This document shows positions 25,091-34,325 of a stretch of 64,000 nt of DNA, piece after piece. How positions within the stretch are numbered: position 1 is the stretch's first letter; each line of letters opens with the position of its first letter. The translations under genes were made by a program, and so were the position numbers. Below the pieces are notes generated by a model. The model was given only the letters and a program-made list of their open reading frames with translations. It searched no databases and was not told the DNA's origin. This DNA comes from Auanema rhodensis (Eukaryota; Animalia; Nematoda), in the NCBI GenBank assembly GCA_964057225.1, contig OZ059894.1, forward strand, positions 11,036,001-11,100,000, read 5' to 3'.

Positions 25091-25720
25091 ATGTCGCTCA
25101 ACCTTCCACCTCTACCCTGCGAGACACCCATCGAAATGATCAAGGAAAAATGGATCAACATCCATTCACTCCAAATTGAGCTACAAGAGCTGGAGAAAGA
25201 CAACCCCAAGAAACTAAAGATTCTTCGGTCCTTCTCGGAGAATCTATCCAGAGTGACTCTATTGATAGAAACTCTGGAAAGGTTACAATGTTTATGTAAC
25301 CATGAAGAAGACGAAATGGCCAAAATGGCAAAGAACTGGTTGTCAGCCACCGTCCGCACCAAGTTCACCATCCGCAAACTGCGTCAAGAATTAGGCTATT
25401 CAATCCCAGAATACGAAGACAGCGCTGATCTAATCCCGAGATGGGCCGCAGAAGAAATCTACAAGAGTTGGACAGAAGAGAGTTTAAACAAGTCCGCAAA
25501 CCAGTCCATAAGGAAAGCTGGAAAACGAGTTGGCCAAGCATTGAAGATTTTAATGGCAACTGGCGCCACCACCCAGAACCAGAAAGATATGAAAAAGAAG
25601 ATATGCAACCAGACGACAGATTTGCTGACAGATCTCAGTCTCTACCACACATGGACCGTCGCTGGGCAGCATACAGCAACCGACTTTCAAATGGGACAAA
25701 TCAATGAGGAGGAAGGATGA
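25091..25720 (+). CDS. Accessory ORF2 of the Gypsy element, 209 aa, unknown function
   Basis: Conserved in all three copies; preceded by TATATAAGCTCA at 25034-25045. Confidence 0.8.
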   Translation: MSLNLPPLPCETPIEMIKEKWINIHSLQIELQELEKDNPKKLKILRSFSENLSRVTLLIETLERLQCLCNHEEDEMAKMAKNWLSATVRTKFTIRKLRQELGYSIPEYEDSADLIPRWAAEEIYKSWTEESLNKSANQSIRKAGKRVGQALKILMATGATTQNQKDMKKKICNQTTDLLTDLSLYHTWTVAGQHTATDFQMGQINEEEG

Positions 25721-25921
25721 AAACTGCTAAGAAAGAGGTGATGAATCAATAAAACATTTTTTTTAATTTTTTTTTTTTATTTTATCTATTCACTCTATTA
25801 TTCACTTACCTATTCTATTATTCCTATTCTTGTTTCAATTTTTTTTTTTTTGTTTCAAAAAAAAACACGAAATCTAATTTCTTATAGCTGAGGTCAGCTA
25901 ACTTTTTTTTCCTATAAGGCA

Positions 25922-26307
25922 TGTTCCATACATAACTTATAGAGAAGGCGGTTGACTACGTCAACCGACTTTAGTTTAATCAAATAAAATAAGAAACTAG
26001 AATTCGAAAGCTTTTTAGAAAAGATTCCACGGAATAAGGTGGAACGTAATTCTTTTTATACAAATTCATTCACTTTTTACATTCTATAGTTTGCTATATA
26101 AACCCGTAGAAAACACACTAAGGGAGATCTTCTATCATGTAGTTTTAGACTTTAACTTTACTTGTTTGTAGTTTATAACATTTCCTATTGTAGTTTTCTC
26201 TATATAATAAAACGGTTGCTAATTTAACTACTTGTTGAACAATGAAACCCTTGCACAAAATCCATCTGAAAACCCTAGTCGGAACCCTAGGGCAATCAAA
26301 TGGAACG
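25922..26307 (+). repeat. 3' LTR
   Basis: Matches the 5' LTR. Confidence 0.95.
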
Positions 26308-26402
26308 TAATAGATACGACCACAAAGAAAACAACAGGAACAGTAACAATAACAAAAAAAATTTTTTTTTCACCTATGTGTCTAAAGGTTAGCCATGTAT
26401 CC

Positions 26403-26438
<36 letters not shown>

Positions 26439-27766
26439 ACAGTAAAAAGTCCAATCAAGAGAGAAATTTTTTCAACACATAGTTGTTTTTTTTTTAAATA
26501 TCATTGTTTTTCCTCATAACTCGGTTTAAACTCGTTCTAACCCGTTGAAATACGTCTAGAAAGTCTTTATAACATGCATATGTATGATAGAACTTCATAT
26601 TTATTGTAATAGAAAATTTTATTTTCAGACGTCTTGGTTAACAATGATATGTTTTACCCCCTTATAATTTTTATCATAATGTTCCTTATACGGAACGCTC
26701 AATGAAACTTGCTTCCAGAAAAATTTCTTTCTATTTTTTCTTCATATGTACGTAGATACTATAGAGAACTATGATAGAAAACTTTAACATTCACGAAATC
26801 ATCATTTCTCATTACGCTACGGAGGTTTAAAAAGCTGTGTTTTACCTTATAATAGACCGGAAAACCCTTGTGTTAAAACTGGACCGTTTTTACACATATA
26901 AAAATGTCCCGTATTCGGGACCCTAATGTAACTTTTGATTCCCTATATTTTTTTTCATGAAATTTACAATCTACTGTAGAAAGAAGAATTATTTTTATAA
27001 AAACTGTAAATTTTTGAAAAATGAAAACAAAACGAAAACAAAAACAACTTTTTTTTGAACATTTTCTCACACAAGGGTCCCCCCTTACCTACTTTTTTTC
27101 TCATTACTCGTTTCAACCTCATCCGATCACTCTGCAAACATGTTTAATCGTTCTAACTTGTTGAAATACGTCTTAAAAGTCTAAACAACATGCATATGCA
27201 TAATAGAAACCACCCGAATAGGCCCCCACGCACTAAACGAGATATATACATTACCAGTATAGTAATAGAACACATATTGAAGATTAATTCGATAAGAACA
27301 ATTTATTGACGTAGAGAATGTTTGTTCCGAAAAACTACAATATTAAACTATAAAAGTAACAAAAGCGTAGAGGCAGCAAAGACATGAATAAACATAAATG
27401 TAAATACAGAATTACCAGGTAGTACATAAGTATGACAAAAAATTATAAGAAAGCCATGAAAATAGAAGGTTTGTGAACAAATGAGAGGTACATCTTTGAT
27501 CGTATAGTCATTTCTAAACCGTTCGTATGCTGCAGCATCGTCATAAGCGTCACTCAAGTTGAATTTCCATGTGTACTACACGATTTTCATTCTTATTGTT
27601 ACATTCTTTCCCTGAGGGAATGGGCCGTTCCCGCCAGCAGTGCAAGAGCGGGTCGACCCGTGAGGTGGAGCTAGCAAGCCAGCATCTACCTCAAGTCTCA
27701 AAAATCGGTTAACCTTATTGTGAACCAATGGAACACATATCGAAGGTTAATTCGATAAGAACGATT

Positions 27767-28553
27767 TATTGAAGTAGATAATGTTTGTCCCGGAGGACTA
27801 CAATATTAAAATAATTACTGAAGCCCGAAGGCAGCGAGAAATAGTAAGGATACTACCTGCACTGAGTGCGTCGTATCATAAAAAAAGAGATAGCTAATGG
27901 GCAAGTTGAAGAGCTTGAAATTAACAATGACGTCACTAGAAGTAAAGTTTTCTATCTGCAGCTGCGGGTAAAGAGGGTCAGCGTAAGCAGAATTCAATTC
28001 TACCAACAATTAGTGGGAACATTGAGAGAACAGATGAAGGAGGAAATTGTAACTTCAAGTAAAATAGATTATATCTTCAGCTGCGGGTAAAGAGAGTCAG
28101 CTTTGTACAGATTACTAGTTTACATAAGAAGTGGTAACATTTCAAAAAAGGAGCACAACATAAAAAACGAGACTACGGACTATGAGGTAAATGTTATCAT
28201 TGTCTGGATCGATGAATCGGCATTTGATTGCAGCTGCGGATTGAGTGGATCAGCTTGCATGGCGTCCGCATTCGACATCAGGGAAAATGATGAGTTTCTT
28301 GAGGTCCGGCTCGGCGGGCTGTTATGTCCTATTCCCTGTTGATGGTGTTGTTGTCCTTGAGCTTGTTCTTCTTCCCAGAAAAAAAAAACTGTGAAGCTGA
28401 AGAGTCCTATTAAACGTCTTTAAACGCAAGATTAATAAGAAGCTACTACAGCTAACACAGGACCGCCTCAAGGCCTGGTAGATCAACCAGTGTTGCTTCA
28501 ATCACCAAGTATTGCGGCCTGGGCCCTTGGATCAATTCACAACACCAGTATAG
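27767..28553 (-). mobile_element. Non-coding U2-targeted element A (787 bp), putative non-autonomous retroelement
   Basis: Inserted at U2 nt ~39, flanked by U2 39-79 repeats; ends homologous to element B; no long ORF. Confidence 0.75.
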
Positions 28554-28594
28554 CAATGGAACACATATCGAAGGTTAATTCGATAAGAACGATT

Positions 28595-29458
28595 TATTGA
28601 AGTAGGAAATGTTTTGCCCCGTAGGACTACAAGTAAATATTATCTAGCACAAGGCTATTAGAGAATGATAAGATACTACCTGCACTAAGTGCGTCGCATC
28701 GTAAAGGGAAAAAAATTAAACAATGGGAGTTTAACAGCATGAAATTGAGAGAAAAGACATATCCGAGTGTGAATAAAATTACGGGTGAACGGAACATGGA
28801 GTACGAGAGACATACAAAACGAGACTAAGTGAAAAGAAAAAGTCTTGTATCACGTTCATGAAGGTTCGACGGATCCGGTAAGAAGCTGCGGGTTCAGAAG
28901 GTCAGCTTTCATCTCGTAGTCGTGGCGCATCAGGAATTTGTGAAGCTTTCCGGCTTTGCAGACGGCTGTATTGGTCCTCGTAGGATGGTGGAAGATGTTG
29001 TCGCTTAGTGATGTTACACATAAAGATATGCAAAAATAGAACAATTCAAAGAAAAAGAGCACAATTAAAACGAGATTTGGAGAGAAGAGAAGTCTTATAT
29101 CACTTTCGATGGTTCGGAAGCTCCAGTCTGCTGCTGCGGTTTAGGGGGTGCAACTGGCATGTCGGAGGCGTAGCACATCATAGGTCAAGCTTGCTGGACT
29201 CCCGGCTCGGCTGGTGGCTGTGAGTTTTCCTTGTGCTTGTTCTCGGTGGTGGTCCCTGGGCTGTCTCTTCACCAAAAATTACTATACTAATTGCACATTT
29301 CATTTAAACGACCCATTTCAGAAGCTTTAAGAGGAAAAGCTACAATTAGCATAGGACCGCCTCAAGGCCTGGTGGATCATTCAATTTAGTTTCAATCGCC
29401 AAGTATAGCGGCCTGGGCCCTTGGGTCAATTCACTGAACCAGTGTAGTATCGATTGTT
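28595..29458 (-). mobile_element. Non-coding U2-targeted element B (864 bp)
   Basis: Same junction positions as A; conserved 5' ~110-nt domain and 3' end; diverged interior. Confidence 0.75.
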
Positions 29459-29499
29459 CAATGGAACACATATCGAAGGTTAATTCGATAAGAACGATT

Positions 29500-32400
29500 A
29501 ATGGTTTATTGAATAACTAATGTTATGAAACAATAAATAACCAATAAAAAAGAGCCCAGAATCGGGGAGACGGTATTACCAGTACAACTTAAAACAGCAA
29601 GTGATTAAAAAGTACAAAATAAAACACATTACCAACAGAGGCTAAAACGACTCAAGAGTCGGGGGAGTGGGTTAAAAAAAGTAATGAATAACAAAAAAAA
29701 TGAATAATAAAGCAGAACAGTGAAAAGTAAATATCAAGTGCCGCTATGATCAAACAATTTGAGTGCCTACGGCAATGGTGTTAAAAATAAACAACAAAAT
29801 ACATGTACCAATGAAGGTCAGAAAGAGAGAAAGAAAAAAGACAAAAATAAGTAATACAAAAAGTAAAAAATATATTACAATCAAATCACAAACAAGTCAA
29901 TGGATAATTTCTTCTTCATACTGCCTTACACCAGAAACATGTTCCACGTAGATATTCCTGGCCCACTTGATGGTATCGGCGACGACGAGCTTCTCCATTA
30001 GCCGGTTGTAGTGGCTGCTGATCTTGAGTGATCGGAGGGCTTGTACGTTGAGCGGGTCCATAGTTCCAAGCATTCCTACGACATACGCTTCTACACTAGT
30101 CTTATAACCAAGACATTGGTATTGGCTGGCTATGTCAGCATATTTCCTCTCCTTTATCATACGCGCGGCTATCATGGCTTGTCGGCGGTTTTCATAGCTC
30201 ACTGTAACATCAACGATACTACAGTGTTTTGCGTCATGATCGACCACTACTATGTCAGGTCGGAGTGTACTATTAATGCCAGGAAGAGGCTGGTTAGTGT
30301 AAACTTCTCCGTTTTTAGGCTCTGGCAGGGCTTTGATAAGACGGTCCACGATGTTGTTGTGGCGGAGTTGGATTGCTCTCGTGTGAAAGTGGCAGTGTCC
30401 AAGAACATGTGCAGCAGTTTCGTTGGGGTAACTACACCTGCGGCACTGTTTGTTTCCTTCTCCGTGTCTTCTACAGCCATTGAGCTGGAGAGTATTAAGT
30501 CGAGCCTTGTGGATGAATCGCCAATCAGCAAACCGTATGAAATCTCCCTTCGCCATAAAGTGATTGGACGCTTTGTTGAGCATTGTGACATCAAAGACTT
30601 TCCCTTGATCCGGTTTTTGAAGAAGGATCCGAAGGTCTTTCAGCCATAATGCACGTCGCAGGCTTCTGTGGCATAGTGAAGGTGTTAACAGTTGGTTGTT
30701 TAGATTGAGTTCTAAACCACTTTCGAGGCATGTCCAGTTAGCGTTGATGAGTTTCTTGAGTTGACGCATCGCTACTCTTACTCTAGTCCAGATGGAGGAA
30801 ACATCAGATGTTTCGGTGTCGAAAATGCCATCAACGGAACCGTTGTAATATGCAGCTGTCTCATCGTTACTGGCTTGACGTTTAATCCTTTTTGATGCTA
30901 CTTTTATTGAGTCTTGATGCGCAATATCAGCTACTACAAGATCAGATGACTTCAAAAGTTGGTAGGCATGAGTGACTTCACAGACGTCTGACAGGTGTTG
31001 GAGTCGAGAGAGACCAAGTCCGCCGTAGTTAGTTGGCAGGTAGATTGGTTCAGCACTGGCGTTTGGAGGATAGTGCATCCATCTACGGGCACAGCGTTTG
31101 AGTTCTTTGTCAAAGGCGACTAGTTTACTCTTTGGGACGTGGCCATTCGTCATATGAAAATTAAGGCAGGGCATCAGGAAGGTGCGTACTGCGTCAGCTT
31201 TCTGCCATTCAGCCAGTAAGGATTTGTCAATTTTTTCCAAGTGTTGACTCATGATATTCACTGTTGGAACCGCAGACTTATGTAAATGCATTCCAGTAGG
31301 GATTCCCAGGTGGGAGTAGCTGTCAAATTTGCTGAGAGCGGGTAGAAAGCAGCTCTGAAGCATGTATGAGGCTGTTGATATTTTCCCTTTGTCGATCGTC
31401 AAAGTGGCGCATTTCGCTGGTTTGAAGGTCAAGCCTGTGAAATTAGCCGCATTTGATGCTGCGTCCAACATTTTCTGTAGATCTTCTGATGATGAGGAGA
31501 CCAGGGCAAGGTCATCGGCGTACGCTAGCACAGCGATGTTGTGATTGTGTAGCTTATAGCCTGTAGAGGTTTCCAAGATGGTTTTAATTAGAGGTTCAAT
31601 GGCAAGGTTGAACAGGATCGGAGATAGTGGGGATCCTTGTAACACACCTGCGTGAACTGGAATGGTCGAAGTGAGTCCGGAGCCTGTCTGGATTCTTGTA
31701 GAGGCATCTGTGTATAGAGCTCGTACTCGGGATATTGAGGCTTCAGCCATTCCTGACCATCTTAGAACGTCTAGCAGAGTTTCGTGTGGCAGCGATCCAA
31801 AAGCGTTTGCGAGATCAAGCCAAGCAATTGCAATTTTCTCACGTTTACGTTTAGCGTCTGCAATGGTACTTTGCAACAAAAAGTTGTGTTCCATGCATCC
31901 AGCTTTGGCCACAAAGCCCTTTTGGGAGGGAGAAAGTCTTTTTTCTGCTCTTGCCCATGTTAGCAGTCGATGCGTAAGACAAGCTGAGTACGTCTTACCA
32001 ATTGTGCACGAAAGTGCTATTGGTCGCCAGTTGTTAATGTCAGCTTTATCACCTTTCTTATGGATGAGGACGGTGGTCGACTCTTTCCAGGAAAAAGGGA
32101 TGTGTCCTAGCTTGTGTACGGTGTTAAATATCGCTGCTAATATGTGACCTCCTTGGTCAAATTTCTTCCAGTGCGAGTATCGAAGTCCATCAGCTCCTGG
32201 AGCCGTATCGCTGCAACGTCGTATGCGTTCCCAGACTTCCAAAGGGGTGAAAACACCTTCTAATGGGTCGGTACTAGTTGGCAAATCCGGTCTGGTGACT
32301 GTGATGGGGAGGGCTGGGCCTTGACTGCTGTGAACAGAAAGGAAGTGTTTTTCAACATCTGCAGATGGTATGGTGCAGGTTTCACTTTGTTCTCCGAGCA

Positions 32401-33227
32401 GTTGTCGAAAGGCTTTCTTCTTGTTGGCCCTCCAAAGCTTCTGGATCTTCATCGCCTGGGTTTTTTGGTCTTCCTCAGGTTGTGTGTGTGGTCGGCGCCT
32501 TTGTCGGAAGTTGGGAACTTTGATCATAATGTCAAGAGACTTTCTGATTGTGTCTACCAACTCTTCCAGGACCTGCTCGAGCTCACTTTTGCACACTACC
32601 TTTTTAATTCTATCCACCCAAATATTTTCAGAGTTTCTATTCGGATCAGGGTCGGCAAAAGATGGTTCTGTACTCGGAACCCTGATCTCGTTGAATATTT
32701 CACTCTCTCGCGGAAGGGGGGAAACTTCGGCCTCTGGGGACAAGTCCAGAATTGGGGCCTCAAACAAGCGTACCGTTGATGGAGATCCTTGTTCCTGTCC
32801 ACTGGATGATGTTTCCTCCATTGTACGCTCCTCCACGGGCGGGGTGGTCGTCCTTGTGCCTGGTGGGCGGGTGTTCCTGATCCTCCGCAATATAGGGCGG
32901 GAACTGGGCTCTCTCGGAGATAGAGGTGAGATCACCACAGTTTCCTCTATGATGCGGAGGCATCCTTCAGCTTTTTTCTGATGGCTTTTAACGGCCTTCA
33001 GATTGCTGGTGAGGCCACAGGCACGGCACTCAAATTCTACTCCGACCTCATGTTCTCTCCGAAGATGGCGGACGAGACCATTGTGGTCTGAGTAGGATCG
33101 CGGAATAGGAGCGCAGATTGAACAAGAAAAAGGGCTCTGAAGAGGCACCTTTAGCTTGTAAAGCCCTTGCTCCATCTCTAGCAGATCTAAAGACTTACGT
33201 AGTACAGTTGCAATATCGATTTAGCCA
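29500..33227 (-). mobile_element. Utopia-like (NeSL clade) site-specific non-LTR retrotransposon in U2
   Basis: 3' junction just after GTGTAGTA of U2, same orientation as U2; 52-nt 5' UTR, ~400-nt 3' UTR. Confidence 0.92.
29897..33175 (-). CDS. RT + restriction-like endonuclease protein, 1092 aa
   Basis: Two N-terminal Zn fingers, RT (APGADG, WRPIAL, QGSPLSP, YADD), CCHC knuckle, RPD..D..E..K RLE motif. Confidence 0.95.
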   Translation of the reverse strand: MEQGLYKLKVPLQSPFSCSICAPIPRSYSDHNGLVRHLRREHEVGVEFECRACGLTSNLKAVKSHQKKAEGCLRIIEETVVISPLSPREPSSRPILRRIRNTRPPGTRTTTPPVEERTMEETSSSGQEQGSPSTVRLFEAPILDLSPEAEVSPLPRESEIFNEIRVPSTEPSFADPDPNRNSENIWVDRIKKVVCKSELEQVLEELVDTIRKSLDIMIKVPNFRQRRRPHTQPEEDQKTQAMKIQKLWRANKKKAFRQLLGEQSETCTIPSADVEKHFLSVHSSQGPALPITVTRPDLPTSTDPLEGVFTPLEVWERIRRCSDTAPGADGLRYSHWKKFDQGGHILAAIFNTVHKLGHIPFSWKESTTVLIHKKGDKADINNWRPIALSCTIGKTYSACLTHRLLTWARAEKRLSPSQKGFVAKAGCMEHNFLLQSTIADAKRKREKIAIAWLDLANAFGSLPHETLLDVLRWSGMAEASISRVRALYTDASTRIQTGSGLTSTIPVHAGVLQGSPLSPILFNLAIEPLIKTILETSTGYKLHNHNIAVLAYADDLALVSSSSEDLQKMLDAASNAANFTGLTFKPAKCATLTIDKGKISTASYMLQSCFLPALSKFDSYSHLGIPTGMHLHKSAVPTVNIMSQHLEKIDKSLLAEWQKADAVRTFLMPCLNFHMTNGHVPKSKLVAFDKELKRCARRWMHYPPNASAEPIYLPTNYGGLGLSRLQHLSDVCEVTHAYQLLKSSDLVVADIAHQDSIKVASKRIKRQASNDETAAYYNGSVDGIFDTETSDVSSIWTRVRVAMRQLKKLINANWTCLESGLELNLNNQLLTPSLCHRSLRRALWLKDLRILLQKPDQGKVFDVTMLNKASNHFMAKGDFIRFADWRFIHKARLNTLQLNGCRRHGEGNKQCRRCSYPNETAAHVLGHCHFHTRAIQLRHNNIVDRLIKALPEPKNGEVYTNQPLPGINSTLRPDIVVVDHDAKHCSIVDVTVSYENRRQAMIAARMIKERKYADIASQYQCLGYKTSVEAYVVGMLGTMDPLNVQALRSLKISSHYNRLMEKLVVADTIKWARNIYVEHVSGVRQYEEEIIH

Positions 33228-33765
33228 TTAACCTTATTGTGAACCAATGGAACACATATCGAAGGTTAATTCGATAAGAACGATTACTACACTTTGATCT
33301 TAGCCAAAAGGCCGAGAAGCGATACAGCATAGCCATGAGTATCAAAGACATCAAGCAAATGTATCGTACTTGTTACGAGTGCACTCTCTCATTTGAATAT
33401 AAAAGTGTGGTTTGACAATCTTGACTGTACAGGTCATAAATGGCTCATATAAACTGTGGATTTACTCAACTTTTGGACTTATTTTTTTCTTATTCGAAGC
33501 GCTGCACTTTTTTCTATTCTTTTTATTCAAATACTTGTATATAGTTTTATATGTACGGTTGCAAAGTTTCCGAATATTTTATATATTTTTATACAATAAT
33601 TAGGAGAAGGTTAATACAATGAAATCTCCCAACTTTACAGTGTTTGTATTGCTTACAGTATCTAGAACAACCACTCTTGTAATATTAGAGCACATATCAA
33701 TCAACAACTTTTTCTAGTTATCAAAGCTTTTTTATTTCTTCAAGATATTTCAAATAAAATATAAA

Positions 33766-33884
33766 AGCTTACGACACCCGGGATTCCCAAGCCGTCTCCG
33801 ATCCAAGTACTAACCGGGCCCAACGTTGCTTGACTTGCCAGATCGGACGGGATGGCGTACTTTCAACGTGGTATGGTCGTAAGC
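33766..33884 (-). rRNA. 5S rRNA (coding region intact, upstream flank displaced by BEL element)
   Basis: Identical copy; LTR begins immediately at position -1. Confidence 0.95.
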
Positions 33885-34325
33885 TTTGGACTATGAATCC
33901 AAGAGTTATTCCAGGGGAATAGCTGTAGTATTACTCGTTCGACGTGATACAGGAGTTAATACCGTTTAGGAGTATTAACGAAGGTTGATACTCGAAGAGA
34001 ATATTATCAGGGTTGAACTTCGCAGATTTGGGTTTAAAAGGTTTATTAAATAAAGATGGTACAGTGGTAGAAAGGTTAGATTTTAAAGTGAAGGTTTCTT
34101 GGGTTTATATATGATTTAGCTTAAGGGTGATATTTGATATTTGAATAGAAAGGTCACGTTAATGTAAACTATAGAGGTGATAAAAGTTCAACATCCTTTG
34201 AGAATGTTGCGCAATAGGTTAATGATACAATTATTCGGTTAATAGATAATGGTTTAGTATTTCAGAAGAGTTATGTTTATATTGTAAATCATTATATTTT
34301 GTTAATAGTCAGGCATTTGCCGACA
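33885..34325 (-). repeat. BEL 3' LTR
   Basis: Direct repeat of 42390-42830. Confidence 0.95.

Larger units (their letters stand above)
14534..26307 (+). mobile_element. Gypsy/Metaviridae LTR element with env (gag-env-pro-pol, NERV-like), copy 1
   Basis: 386-bp LTRs, 4-bp TSD TAAT, tRNA-Gln PBS, intact 2951-aa ORF. Confidence 0.95.
27619..33323 (-). pseudogene. U2: U2 gene split by three insertions: nt 1-96 at 33323-33228, nt 39-79 at 29499-29459 and 28594-28554, nt 39-end at 27766-27619
   Basis: Exact U2 fragments flank each insert. Confidence 0.93.

Noticed and set aside
27815-29223. ORFs of 64-79 aa in A and B
   Set aside because: Frames not conserved between A and B; stops interrupt homologous segments
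29339-29448. HDV-like ribozyme call for the 5' domain (GCTAA near the 3' end in B)
   Set aside because: The equivalent position in A is GTTAG, lacking the catalytic C, and no P3/L3 consensus is visible
27726-29499. CRISPR-like repeat-spacer array
   Set aside because: Repeats are U2 fragments, spacers are ~0.8 kb and homologous to each other, no cas genes, eukaryotic DNA
30041-32981. Antisense and overlapping ORFs inside retroelement CDSs
   Set aside because: Shadow ORFs of long coding frames with no motifs
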